In this document: in pieces, positions 1 to 14,371 of the stretch
Layout: each line of letters starts with the position of its first letter
Numbering within the stretch: the stretch's first letter is position 1
Assembly: GCF_006345805.1 (NCBI RefSeq)
Contig: NC_043008.1
Coordinates: 59,458,001-59,522,000 of the forward strand
Length of the DNA stretch: 64,000 nucleotides
Source of the DNA: Octopus sinensis
Taxonomy: Eukaryota
Direction of reading: 5' to 3'
Notes under the pieces: model-generated
Told to the model about the DNA's origin: nothing
The model's database searches: none
Seen by the model: the letters and a program-made list of their open reading frames with translations, nothing else
Program-made: the position numbers and the translations under genes

Positions 1-14
1 AATGAAAACATTAT

Positions 15-22
15 ACATATAC

Positions 23-74
<52 letters not shown>

Positions 75-223
75 ATATATATGTATGTATATATATGTAA
101 TATATATATGTATATATATATATGTATATATATATATGTATATATATATGTATATATATATATATGTATATATGTATATATATATATGTATATATATATG
201 TATATATATATTATATATATATG

Positions 224-261
<38 letters not shown>

Positions 262-265
262 TACA
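15..265. repeat. (TA)n/(TATG) compound microsatellite
   Basis: Direct inspection. Similar tracts at ~980-1120, 1490-2140, 3330-3420, 3725-3865, 7865-8215, 9145-9205, 9730-9815, 15200-15435 and 54400-54465. Confidence 0.95.
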
Positions 266-596
266 CTTCTACTACTAGGACCAACGGTCTCTGCTACTAC
301 TGCTATTACGGCCAATGATCACTTTCACTATAACACCCAACGATTCTAGCCAACGCATAAGACAGCCATTATGCTCCCCCACACAAAACACCACCACGTG
401 GACTGTGTTGAGATTAGTAAGAAGCAATTATGAACTTTGAACTTTTTTATTACACATAACTTTAAAAAATATATATTTTTGATAAGGTTCGTTTTTTCAA
501 GAAGAACCGAAACATGTTAAAATTTATCCTATACAGTAGCATTTTCAAACTTCTTTTTTATAAATATATACCCACTCGTATGCCACCTACACATTT

Positions 597-978
597 TTTG
601 ACTGCGGCCATGCTGGAGCACCGCCTTTAGTCAAGCAAATCGACCCCAGGACTTATTCTTTGTAAGCCTAGTACTTATTCTATCGGTCTCTTTTGCTGAA
701 CCGCTAAGCTATGGGAATGTAACACACCAGCATCGGTTGTCAAGCGATGTTGGGGGGGACAAACACAGACAAATATATACACACACATACATGCATACAT
801 ATATACATATATAAGACGGGCTTCTTTCAGTTTCTGTCTACCAAATCACTCACACAGGCTTGGTCGGCTCGAGGCTATAGTAGAAGACACTTGCCCAAGG
901 TGCCACGAAGTGGGACTGAACCCGAACCATGTGGTTGTAAGCAAGCTACTCACCACACAGCCACTCCTCTCCTGCGCC
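597..978 (-). mobile_element. tRNA-derived SINE family A (head GGCGCAGGAGTGGCTGTGTGGTAAG, internal TA/TG microsatellite)
   Basis: Near full-length match to the copies at 5257, 59539 and 62728. Confidence 0.88.
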
Positions 979-1012
<34 letters not shown>

Positions 1013-1509
1013 ATATTATATATATATCTTATATATATATATATACATATATATATAAGAGAACAAAGTGTACATACGCCGCTATAATATATATATATAT
1101 ATATATATAATATATATATAGATATATTCAAGACACGACAATCATTTCTGATTTGTAGAAAAGACCCCACATTTACTTCGAATCTACTTTCTACAGTTTT
1201 TTTTCCCTATGTAATCATAGTTTTCATCGTTGATACTTATTTGCTTTAAGAGATTTACGAGCGTTAACAAAAAGTAAGATTGTATTAAGGGAAGTATATT
1301 TCATATAAATAACATTATTAATTTTTATGCGTGTTAATTTCAATAGTAATGGAACTTGAGATACGGTTGATGCTGAGGTATGTCAATTGAAAATTATTAC
1401 ACATAATTTTTATTTTCAAAAATAATTGTAAATGTATACACACATACATACATATATACATGCATGCATAGATATATACATAGATTATATATATGTACAC
1501 ACACACACA

Positions 1510-1570
<61 letters not shown>

Positions 1571-1866
1571 TAGTTTAAAACGAAATGATATATAGTTGCG
1601 TAGGTATATTATACACCACAATATATATCACACAATATATAAGATATAGATATATATATTATATGTATATATATACATGCATATATATATATGTTGTGTG
1701 ATGTATATATATATATATTTTTTTGTGTGTATATATATATGTTATATAGTTATAGGTTATATATATTATAATTTATATATATATGAGTATGTATGTATAT
1801 ATGTATATAGATATAGATCTATATATGGTATTATATAATATATTTATATGTATATATATATATTTA

Positions 1867-1902
<36 letters not shown>

Positions 1903-2069
1903 GTATATATATAATCTATATATATTTATCTGTATATAGATATATATATATATATATATAATATATATATATAATATATATGTATATATATATTATATGA
2001 TATATTATATATATATATTATATATATGTATATATATATATATATATATTAGTAATGTATAAATATATA

Positions 2070-2106
<37 letters not shown>

Positions 2107-2584
2107 GATAGAGAGAGAGAGATAGAGAGAGAGAGTATGAGATATGTAATTGGAGATATGAGTAAAGACATGTATACCGCATCCATACACACACTCACAC
2201 GTCATACCCACATGTACTGACAGTAGCAGAATGATTGCAACAAAAGGCAAAACAGGATAAGATTAATGTTTATATAATACACTAAGCGTCCCATTTGAAT
2301 TGCTGATACATAAATTCATGGACTCTTAGTTGTAGCATCTGAATATTAATCTTATCAACCTTTTTTCTATTCATACTGCTCAGAACATACCTAGTTATCC
2401 GTCAGATATATGCGTTTGTACGCGTGCGTGTAGTCATGTGAATGTGTGTATGTGTATGCCTGTTTGTGTATGCGTGTGCGTGTGTGTGAGAGAGAGAGAC
2501 AGTGCGCGCGAGTGTGTATATGTGGGGCATACATGCTAACATACACGTGTGGACTGCGTGTTTGTTTATATAAATTCTTTTATT

Positions 2585-3355
2585 CTTTTGCACGTTTCAC
2601 TCACTTGACTGCGGCCATGCTGGAGCACCGCCTCAAAGTATTTTTGTCGAAGAAATCGACCCCGGTACTTATTCTTTGTAAGCCTAGTATTTATTCCATC
2701 GGTAGCATTTTGCCGAACTGCTAAGTTACGGGGATGGGATATAAACACACCAACATCGGTTGATCAACGATGGTGAGGGGACAAACACAGACACACACAC
2801 ATAAACATATTCTTTTACTTGTTTGTCATTTGACTGCAGCCATGCTAGAGTACTGCTTTTAGTTGAGCAAATCGATACCAGGACTTATTCTTTGTCAGTC
2901 TAGTACTTATTCTATCGTTTTCTTTTGCCGAACCGCTAAGTTACGGGGACGTTAACACACCAGTATCGGTTATCAAGCCATGTTGGGGGGGGGCAAACAC
3001 AGACACACAAACGTATAAACACATACACATACTACATACATATATATATATATATATAAAGGGTAAAGGGTAAAGACCCCCTTCGGTCATGAATGACCAT
3101 GGGATTGCACCTAGAAAGTTACCCTCCTAGATACAAGTCCGGGCAATGTTGTTTATGGAAGACCAGCAGTCGCCCATGCATACCAGCCTCCCCTCTCCAC
3201 GCTACCAGTGTTATCCAAGGGAAAGACAAAGGTCGACACAGCTTGGCACCAGTGACGTCGCAACTCATTTCTACAGCTGAGTGAACTGGAGCAACGTGAA
3301 ATAAAGTGCTTTGCTCAGAACACAACATAATATATAATATATATATATGTAATTA

Positions 3356-3419
<64 letters not shown>

Positions 3420-3555
3420 GACTGGCTTTCAGTTTCCGTCTACCAAATCCACTCACAAGGCTTTGGCTGGCCCGAGGCTACAGTAGAACTCACTGGCCCA
3501 AAGTGCCACGCAGAGGGACAGAACCTGGTGCCATTTTCTTGGTAAGCAAGCTACT
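2585..3555 (-). mobile_element. SINE family A: one 3' half plus a second copy split by a nested CORE-type SINE
   Basis: 3' halves at 2585-2810 and 2811-3030, 5' half at 3418-3555; nested element at 3060-3327. Confidence 0.75.
3060..3327 (-). mobile_element. CORE-type SINE (D body) with distinct 3' tail G
   Basis: TGTGTTCTGAGCAAAGCACTTTATTTCACGTTGCTCCAGT core, ending ...GACCGAAGGGGGTCTTTACCCTTTACCC. Confidence 0.75.
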
Positions 3556-3726
3556 TTGTTTCATTTTATTTGCCATAAAGGCAGTATACAGAGTAGCTGC
3601 GGGCTGGACGAACACATTAATGAATTAAAATGAAATTAAATGAATAAATGAGAAGCGAAACCCAACACCCGCCGACTGGATTTTTCTCGAAAACATATTT
3701 TCTTATTTTTTTTTAATCATATGAGG

Positions 3727-3863
<137 letters not shown>

Positions 3864-3978
3864 AAACGTAAAAGCATTTTTCTATTCCTGAGCGTTATAC
3901 TAATACATCTGTGTGTTTTGTACACCACCTGTCTTCGTCTTTTGTTTATTTTCGTAAACTTTCCCTTATATATATATA

Positions 3979-4010
<32 letters not shown>

Positions 4011-5256
4011 CACGCACATGTCATGTTTATGTGTGTTTATGTACATATTCACATAAAGATCGACGTAGTCAATGTAGTAGTGTACGCGACACAACGAGGC
4101 ACACACACACGAAGTGGGGAGAGAGATTGCAAGAGGTCAGAAATTATGTAAGATTTAACGATGCCATCGTTCGACTTATAATTGTCTCCATAAATCCATC
4201 ATATTCTCATTTCCCTCGTCATTCCTTTGTTTTATGCTGAGGGATTATCGTTCCTATAGAAGAAACCGTTTAATAGCATCACAATAACACATCAGTGAGT
4301 AGAGTCACATGCCTTAATGTTTTGGGTATTACACTCATGATCGTAAGATTGTCGTTTCGATTCTTGGGCCGGGCGATGCATTGGATGCTTGAGCAAAACA
4401 CTTCATTTTATTCTACTCCAGACCACTTAGCTGGCAAAAATAAGTAATCTTGCGAGGGGCAGACATCCCGTCCAGACGATGGGGTGGAAGGAAATACATG
4501 CTGCACAATCCTAGAAAGTGGCCTTATTTGCATATGGCTCGGGAAGAACTTTGGAGTTTTTTGGATTTTTTAAATATATATTTTTTTTTTTGAGAAATGG
4601 ATATTATAACTTTCGTGTGAAGCACAAACCAACGGGGAATCCTCTACGTACTCGTTCGGTCAGCTAGAAATAGCAGCCTAATTCTCGTCAAATTGTCTTC
4701 TGATTGACATCAATGCAGGAGACACAATCTATCAGAGATATTGTGTTTTGTCCGGGATCTCGGTCAAAATTTCCGATAGTGAGTGTTCAGTTGTTCGATC
4801 AAGTAAGATACCAAGCTCATTTAATTATTTTTAAATGGCTGAGTATTTCGAAGACATGTGTAGTCTAATTGTAACCTTCTGGCAAAATCAGAGCGATAAA
4901 GTGACTAGGCTGTACCGTAAATTACGGGTACAATCCAGCTGACAGACTCCTAAACAGCCTCCGTCTACCATTTATAAACAACATTTATATCATTCACCCA
5001 AGGTGCCAAGCAGCGGAATCGAAATCAAGACCTTATGATTGCGAAGCGGACTTCTTTTTAACTATTTGACCATACTGCACCTACAGTAAGCACCACGTCT
5101 TTAGAATGTCAGAATTATCGTAGATGGAATATTTTTAATCATAGTTCTATTCGATCCGGATTTAGACAGCTAAATAAATACCAACGTACTTAAGACACAA
5201 AGTTGTTTTTTTGGTTAGTCCTAGATTAGGCTGTTGAAAAAAAATATACAAAAGTA

Positions 5257-5657
5257 GGCGTAGGAGTGGCTATGTGGTAAGTAACTCGTTTACGAACCAC
5301 ATGGTTCCCGGTTCAGTCCCACTGCGTGGCACCTTGGGCAAGTGTCTTCTAATATAGCCTCGGGCCGACCAAAGCCTTGTGAGTGGATTTGGTTGACAGA
5401 AACTGAAAGAAGCCCGTCGTATATATATATATGAATGTGTGTATATGTTTGTGTGTCTGTGTTTATCCCCGCCTCCCCCAACATCGCTTGACAACCGATG
5501 CTGGTGTGTTTACGTCCCCGTAATTTAGCGGTTCGGCAAAAAGAGACCGATAGAATAAGTACTAGCCTTATAGAATAAGTCCTGGGGGCTATTTGCTCGA
5601 CTAAAGGCGGTGCTCCAGCATGGCCACAGTCACATGACTGAAATAAGTAAAAGAGTA
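5257..5657 (+). mobile_element. SINE family A, full length
   Basis: A-box/B-box head, body and AAAAGAGT tail. Confidence 0.9.
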
Positions 5658-6996
5658 TAAGGCTCAGTGATAATAGATAAAAAGAAGTATTTCTTGCTTT
5701 TGAATAAGGTCGTAAAACATATTATATCGAGATGTAAGACAATGTTTTTTATCAGCGGTTGTTTTTGTTGTTGTTGTTGTTGTTGTTATGTAGTCACAGG
5801 TCAATCATGACCGAGTAGAGATAAGATCAAAGTATTTCAGTCATGACCATCCTGTATCTTCAGAAATTTCATCAAGACTGTTGATCAAATTGTATCTTGT
5901 AAGCTCTAGTTTGAATGGACTTTGGCTACTTTATCTAGCAAGTCGACCAGCCACATAGGGGTAATCTATTGACTGGTAAGACAATTGAAGAGTTTTCGTA
6001 AAGGATATTTCTTTACTGGATCAAACTGGCAGTATGATTACTTGGAAACTCCTGTTGTTTGTTTACAACTGTAGTTTTAAAACGGTGTGGCACGATGCAC
6101 TAATGCACCACAAAGGGTATTTATATACGCCACGAAATTTTGAATATAAAATAAATTTCAAACTTTAGAAAGTAAATCTAGACTAATTCAAGATCGTGTT
6201 TATAACGTATTATAAATTTTATTTATGCAAATATGATTTTTGAAATGAGGTAAGCAATAAATTTCTTTCCCAATGTTTAAATTTAACTTTTAAACTTCCT
6301 ATACGAAGTAATTTTTAACTTGATCATTAGCGTATTTATTATATTGAAACGAGTCTTCTGCTGAATTTCGAACCATCTCGTTCAGATCCCCAGTTTAGAA
6401 CCAGGCCCGATTCTAAGAACTTAACTGTGTAGCCATAAATGGTATTAGCACCCATGTAAATATGTATCGACCAGGCAGACTACCAGGTGTGTAACGAAAT
6501 AAGCGGTAAAATTGAAAGTAAGTTTTGTGAATTTTCTCACCAAAGAGTTCAGCTGAAGTTTCAAGAAGTTTTGACTCAATGTAAAAGGTTAATACGAGTG
6601 AAGACGAATGAAGAAAAATATATGGAATAAATTAATGCATGATAAAGGTGACTAAAAATTTAAAGCAATGGAGCTAAAGTAATATAAAAATACAAAATGT
6701 AAAAAATAAAGTGCCAGGTACCAGAACACAGTCCATTAAAGTCCATGTCTACTATCGTTTCAAAGGAGATGCTTCACATAGTTAATGTACAATCCATTAA
6801 GGAAATCCAAAGGCTACACTTTTCCATCAGGAGAAAACTTACAAAGGCTTTCCATTTCTGGTCATGACACTGTTCACATATTGTTTTAATAAATATTTAT
6901 ATTCGACTTTTGATAATTTAGGAATGATATAAAGTTGCTTTGACCGATTGGAACGTTTATTCATTATATCGTTCAACATATATATATATATATATA

Positions 6997-7864
6997 CAGA
7001 GGGGTGAATAAACTGTCGTATAAATCACACAATTAGGAAAATAACACTGACATCTCATTTTAACAGGTAGAGTTACCAAAATTACATAAAAATATCTTGA
7101 AATACTAAAGAGTAAATTCATTCAATAAAATCGCCATTGGCTTCAACCACGACCTTCAGACGACTTCGGAATCTTCTGAAATTTTTCTGGACTGTCTCCT
7201 TGTTTAAGTTGGTGAATGATGCCTTAATCCTTGCCTTCACTTCATCTTTGGTGTTACAAGGAGTTTTGTTGGTCACTTGCTCAACTGCGCCCCACATATA
7301 TTAATCAAAGGGATTGCAGCCTGGGGAATTAGGCGGCCAGATGTTATGGGTGATATGGTCGCAGAAATCGTCTGACAGCCATTACTGGGTTCTGCTGCTT
7401 GTGTGGCATTGGTGCAGAGTCCTGTTGCTAAATATAAGGTCTTCCAGCAGCCATTTTCTTCATCCAGAGCAGCACTACTCCCGACAGGCTTGATGTAGGC
7501 CTCCGTATTGAGTGTGAGGTCGTGTGGGAAGATAAATGGATGCACAACGTCTCCTTCACTAGTGATAACTCCAAAGACCATGATGTTAACTGGATGTTTG
7601 ATTTTTATCACTTTCGGTATATGTCTTCAGATTGCACTGTCCTGAGATTGACACCCAAGTTCGTATTCGAACTTCCGGAGCGAATGCCAAGCAGTATAGC
7701 ATGTCGTTTCCAGATTTCTAGCAGCGTGAATTAGGTCATGGTGCTCTTTTTCTCACAGACGGTACCCAATTGACCCTACTATTCTATGTAGTCGACAAAA
7801 TCAAAATCAAACAATGCGCATGTGTGAAAAATATAAAATGCTGATAAAATACACATTGCACCCT
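6997..7864 (-). mobile_element. Tc1/mariner (maT/DD37D-like) transposon, internally deleted and frameshifted
   Basis: The minus strand encodes an N-terminal piece EIWKRHAILLGIRSG...LGVNLRTVQ fused to HPVNIMVFGVITSEG..., a QQDSAP-like motif, WPPNSP-CNP and ...VVEANGDFIE*. Ends are TA-flanked and degenerate (CAGAGGGGTG / CACCCT). Confidence 0.85.
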
Positions 7865-7946
7865 ATATATATAATATATATATATATATAATATATATAT
7901 ATATTATATATATATTATATATATATATTATATATATAGATATATA

Positions 7947-7980
<34 letters not shown>

Positions 7981-9145
7981 AGAGGTAATGTATACATATA
8001 TATAGAGAATTGTGACATGTACATATATATATATAATATGACATATTTAATATATATGTGTGTGTGACATATTTATATATATATATATATATATATGACA
8101 TATATATATACATATATATATAAATATATATATATGACATATATATATATATACATATATATATATATGACATATATATATATACATATATATATATGAC
8201 ATATACATATATATCCTAAATGAATATAAGTTTGTAGCTATGTGGGTGATAGGGAGAATCGTTCTATCGTTTTGTGGCTGCTTCTCACAATGTTTGCTTC
8301 TTTAGATATTATGTGTGTCTCTGAAATAAGAATGTCTATTATTTGTAGAAAATAAAAAGATCCGCATTGTTCGGTTACGAGTGTCTTATAACAAACGGTT
8401 CAATTGTTTCCCCCAGGAGAATGAAATTCAACAGAAGAACATCAAATTTGATCAACGGACGTGGAGAAATATGAGAGTAAGTGTCCCTTGACTATACTAC
8501 CGACAGAAAGAAGGAAACTAGCCCCTACTGACGAAACGGATCAGATCTTCGCTTTAGTAGTATGATATACAACTGAAGGTGTTAATATTAACACATGAAG
8601 AGTAATAGAGCATCGAGAGTATAGTACCTTGGTTTGAGGTTATATGCTTCCAGTGCGAGGCGTTTTGTCCCGCTTATGCAGTGATATGTATGAAAAACAT
8701 CAAGAACGTAGAAAAATTTGGCCTCCATACGGATGTTTCGGATCACTATTTTTTTTAAAGCTCTTTGAAATAAAAAGCAGAAATTAAAAAAAAAGAATCG
8801 ATAATTCACAGAAGGAAAAAGAATGAGAAGAGAATGAATGTTCGAGATAATACACGAGAATTTGTCAGCTGAAAGATATGTATATGAATAGATATGACGA
8901 TGATGATAACAATATGAAAAAATATCAATAATAATTATCATTACAGTTATATTACTATTGTGATTTTGAACAGGCAACATGTCACAATATATGAGTGTGT
9001 GTGTGTGGTGTATGAAGAGGGAGAGAGAGAGCGCGAAATGAGGAAGAGAGAGAACACTAAGTATAGTGTACAAGGTAGAGCAAACAGAAAATGAGGGGTG
9101 AAGTTAAAGTTAATGTGGCATTGAGAATTCTCAGACAACCTAATA

Positions 9146-9208
<63 letters not shown>

Positions 9209-9743
9209 CCAAGAAACTTAGAGGTTGTGAATCCAACCAACTAAGGGATAATATCTATCCAATATACTGGAAGTAGAATACCCAATTATTAATACACAAG
9301 TGATTTTTATTGCTTTGAAATTACATTACCGAGTGTAATAAATGGGTGAGGGTAAAGAGTTATTTTACCATTTAATTTATAGAGCAATAAGAAAATGGAG
9401 GTGATCAATAGGTGGTTCATCAACTTTTAGACATTATATTATGTCAATTTATTTATTTACTAGAATGACAATTACAAGAATATACATACATGTATAACAA
9501 ATTATGCTTTACATATAAAATATAAAGATACTAGTAATTATTAAATGTATGTTATATATTTTAATAATTACTGGTATCTTTATATTTTATATGTAAAGCA
9601 TAATTTATTATACATGTATGTATATTCTTGTAATTGTCATTCTAGTAAATAAATAAATTGACATAATATAATGTCTAAAAGTTGATGAACCACCTATTGG
9701 TCTCCTCCATTTTCTTATTGCTCTCTCTATATATATGTGTGTA

Positions 9744-9811
<68 letters not shown>

Positions 9812-10039
9812 CATAAATAATCAATAATAGCAAAAGCAACAAACACACCTTGTGCCTAAAAGAGAATCACCAAAGTAAGACGTACATGAATAAATTTTAA
9901 ACAATAACATAACACCAAGTATAATCAATAAAATATTTCTCTAAAACACTTTTCTATAAAAACCTGATTATCACGCCACCGAAACACACAACCCAAACAA
10001 AAAAATTAACTCAAAAGAGATTATATGTATTTATAAGGA

Positions 10040-10164
10040 ATTCACACACTTATTGCAGCATTCCTTCGGTTTTTCTAATCCCTGTAAAAGAACTCGAAAG
10101 GTTGGACCTCCAGTCAGACCTTTCGCGATAACCATAAAGCCAGGAACTTTTCAACACTCCCTCG
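10040..10164. mobile_element. mariner-derived MITE fragment
   Basis: Ends CCAGGAACTTTTCAACACTCCCTCG-TA; internally homologous to the 24.1-24.7 kb element. Confidence 0.65.
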
Positions 10165-10619
10165 TATGTGTGTGTATACTGCGTGTACAATTCGATGTAT
10201 AACTCCTACAATTGAGATTAGAGGATTAGAGCTTCGCGTCTATTATCATCAACTAGTCCGCTTCCAATTCAATGGTTTCGCAAGTACTGTGGATCGTATT
10301 ACTGATTGCGATATATAGAGGAACTATACGGGCAATTACGATAACCACGAGTTTAAACCATTTGTTCGTCCGCACGTTTCGCTACTATGTTTGTTTGAAA
10401 CACTGCATAGGATGCACCAATTGCATTTGGGTGCATAACGTCTACATTATGTTACAGAGAACTAATACAACGCAACGCTAAACGGTGTGTTCTTCTGAAT
10501 ATCTGTACCAGTTAAGCACCCAATTGCTCTTAGTACATCCAGTGAAGAGTTTCAGACAAGCACTATGGTGAAGCGTACTAGGAACAAGTCATATACGTTG
10601 GTTTATCATAATTCTCATA

Positions 10620-10626
10620 TGTATAC

Positions 10627-10671
<45 letters not shown>

Positions 10672-10697
10672 GCTATAAATAATATATAGATAGACAA

Positions 10698-10771
<74 letters not shown>

Positions 10772-10859
10772 GCATATATGGCTACGAGACGTCAGCAATG
10801 GGTAACAACTAAAGTACGAAAACAAGCGATACGCAATAAAAACACACACATATATATTA

Positions 10860-10930
<71 letters not shown>

Positions 10931-11009
10931 CTTTGATACTTTGATACTTTGATAGGTTTCGGCCATTATTGGCCCAGGCCATGTCTAACTTAATAGCACC
11001 ACCTGGTGA

Positions 11010-11054
<45 letters not shown>

Positions 11055-11174
11055 CATATGCATATGTATACATATACATATACATATATATACATATATA
11101 TATGCATATATATAATAATATATATACATAGATATATACAACATATATATGCATATATATATATATATATATAT

Positions 11175-11213
<39 letters not shown>

Positions 11214-11615
11214 CAAACATACATATATATATATATATATGCATATATATATATGTATATACATATGCATATATATATACATATACATATGCATATACAT
11301 ACATATATATATGCATATATATATATACATATATATATATCTATATATATGCATATATATATACATATATATACATATATATATATGTATATCTATGCAT
11401 ATATATATACATAGGCATATATATATACATATGTATATACATATATATAGATATATATATATGCATATATATACACACATATATATATATATATGCATAA
11501 ATATATACATATATACATATGCATATATATATACATATATATATACATATACATATATATATGCATGTACATATAGTTATACATAAAGTTTGTGATGTTC
11601 TGTACCCAAATTATG

Positions 11616-11668
<53 letters not shown>
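10620..11668. repeat. Large compound (TA)n/(GATA)n/(TACA)n microsatellite block
   Basis: Direct inspection; accounts for the Y/I-rich pseudo-ORFs here. Confidence 0.95.
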
Positions 11669-11670
<2 letters not shown>

Positions 11671-12630
11671 TGTTCGTATTGTCCTTGTACAGGGGCCATC
11701 CGGACTCCCGTTTGCGCCGTGAACAGGGATTAATCTTCTCTCTTCGCTTCTTTACGCCTCATGGCTCAACTCTCCTCCCCTCACCTCTCTCCCCCTCACA
11801 CCTACTTCCTCCCACCCAACTCTCCTCTCTTGCTCTGACTCCTACTTCTCTTCACTCCTACTCTCTTCTCTTCTACCCACTTTCTCCTCCCCCTTAATCG
11901 TCACCCTTCGCTCGTAACTCCGCCCCCACCCCTACAATTCCAACCTCACCTCCCCTATCCTTCCAATCCCACCCACCCTATCCCTTACACCCGCTCCCAC
12001 ATACCCCACCCTCAGCCTAACCCACACCCCACGCTTACTTTCCCCACTCCCAACTCCCCCACTCTCGCCTCCCCCACACTCGCCTCCCCTACTCTCGCCT
12101 CCCCCATTCTCGCCTCCCCCACTCTCGTCTCCCGCATCTCGCCTCTCCCACCTCCCAACACCATCACAACCACACCCCACACTACTACACCATATACCAC
12201 CATCCCATGCAACACATCACATCACACTACCACGCACACACTAGCACAGACCACTTCCCAGCCGCACATCTTCACACCAACACTTACACACACGTCAAGG
12301 TCACCAGCCCTCTTCCACGCGCACCTAAATACTCTCTTATACACACGCACGCGCACCTTCGTTTTGGGATCACCACTACTTTATTATCTCCTCTTCTTCC
12401 TACCCTCCTGTGTGACCCTTCCGCCCGACATTCGCCATGACAGATTGATAGCCACTACACATTCTTTATTTTCTCTCCTTGTTTCTTTCTGTGTTCCTTT
12501 CTGTGGAAGAGCGTAGGCTCGAAACGTTAAAGACTTTTTCACTTCCCGAGCGTTAAACTAATATATCTGTTTGTTGTCTACATCACCTGTCTTCGTCTTT
12601 TGGGGGATTTTTTTGCAAATTCTCCCTATA
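11669..12630 (+). mobile_element. Penelope-like element, 5'-truncated: GIY-YIG C-terminus, C-rich tract, pseudo-LTR
   Basis: [29 protein letters not shown] resembles the R..EQ..IF.L....P.GLN endonuclease tail. Hammerhead-like motif at 12497-12532. The 3' tail is shared with the fragment at 3865-3970. Confidence 0.7.
12056..12150 (+). repeat. 15-bp C-rich minisatellite (ACTCTCGCCTCCCCC)n
   Basis: About 6 imperfect units within a wider C/T-rich tract (11770-12200). Confidence 0.85.
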
Positions 12631-12704
12631 TATATATATAAGTACGAATGGGAATGCGTGCATGTGTGCATGTATATGTGTGTGTATGTGTGTGTATGGT
12701 GTGT

Positions 12705-12743
<39 letters not shown>

Positions 12744-13792
12744 TTGTGTGTGTGTGTGTGTGCATGCAAGCATGTATGTACGTATGTATATTAGGTTAGG
12801 TATGTTACATAGTGCCAAGTGCAAGGACTGAATATTGATTTCAAGTTTTGGCACAAGATCAGTAATTTCAAAGGAAGAGGATAAGTTGATTACATCGATT
12901 CCCGGGTTCAACTGGTACTTATTTTATCGACCCCAAAAAGATGAAAGACAAAGTCAGCATCGGCGGAATTTGAGCTCAGAACATAAAGACGGACGAAATG
13001 CCGTTAAGCTTTTCGGCCGGCGTGCTAACGATTCTGCCAGTTCGCTGCCAAAGTACTCTGAATATTAAAAGAGAGAAAAATTGGAATATCGAACCGAATG
13101 CTTGGAACAGGAAAAACAATATTACCAGATATCATAATATGGAAAAATCAAAAATGGAAACTTAAAACATTTTAGGGAACAATAATAAGAAAAATAGTCG
13201 TAGAAAGATTATTTATAGATTAGGAGGGATTTTTTTCGAGAAGCATTAAAACATATTTACTTTTTATTTATAATACGTGTATTCTGTAGATGGGGTACTG
13301 AAGAAACAACTAAAAACGCGGATGGGTTCATTGCAGAAAATTTCTATTTTTTAAATCCTCTCGTAATTAAATATTTTCGTTCTTTTATTGCTTGTATACG
13401 AATACAAAAACGCGGGGAAAACATACCGAATTTTGAGAATATATAAATTAATCTCCTGCGCTTGTTTATCTCCCTTTTCCTTGAATTTTCGCTTCATACA
13501 AATATAGAAACCTCAGTTAAATCCACTTTCTCTCTTTCTTTAACCACGCACTTTTTGTGTGTTAATAACACTCGTTTCACGTATTCACTTGTTTGCTGCT
13601 TCTTTCCAACATAATACAAACCTTGTTCTTGCACGTCTCTCGCTTCATCAGTCATACATCGATCTATACACTGTCTGTACGTTGAGGTATAGTGTATAAG
13701 TGTTCCTCTGGCATTTCTGTTTTAACACGATCCTCAGTAAAAGTCATTTTTATTCCATACAAGTATATTCACAATGCCTGCGGTCGTGTTAA

Positions 13793-14006
13793 CCCTGTTG
13801 GTATAAATCTACCCTAATACCACCCCTAGTTCGTTGATACAAACTTTCTGTTTTAAATTACCTAAAAACCTTCCATCAAAATTTCAAGTGTATTTATGTT
13901 CCAAACACCAGCTTCATAATAACAGTTATTTTACTAATTCCTTTATTATTTTCAAAATGTTTTGAAACAAGGCAGTGTATTTGAACAGAATATAGTAACA
14001 AAAGGG
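13793..14006. mobile_element. piggyBac-like MITE
   Basis: TTAA|CCCTGTTGGTA ... TAACAAAAGGG|TTAA. Confidence 0.75.
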
Positions 14007-14226
14007 TTAAATTACACTTGCCCCAAATCCCACACCGTTGTAATAAAACTAAGGCCCGATGTTTGTGAAGTGGACATCCTAAACATTGGCATTATACATA
14101 CATACATACAAAAATAGCCTGCGGATTTTGTTGAAATTCCAAGGAAGAAACATTGGATGTAGATTAGAAACCGGGTCTTTCTATGTTGACAAGGAATCTT
14201 GAAAAAAAACTGAATAATGACATACA

Positions 14227-14260
<34 letters not shown>

Positions 14261-14284
14261 CATATATATCTATATATATATATC

Positions 14285-14371
<87 letters not shown>

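Noticed and set aside
63-349. Y/I-, H/T- and C/V-rich ORFs here and throughout the ORF track
   Set aside because: They are translations of (TA)n, (CA)n, (GATA)n and (TACA)n microsatellites.
10272-10481. MVSQVLWIVLLIAIY as a candidate SCP signal peptide
   Set aside because: No splice donor at a suitable position, and the hydrophobic stretch is short.
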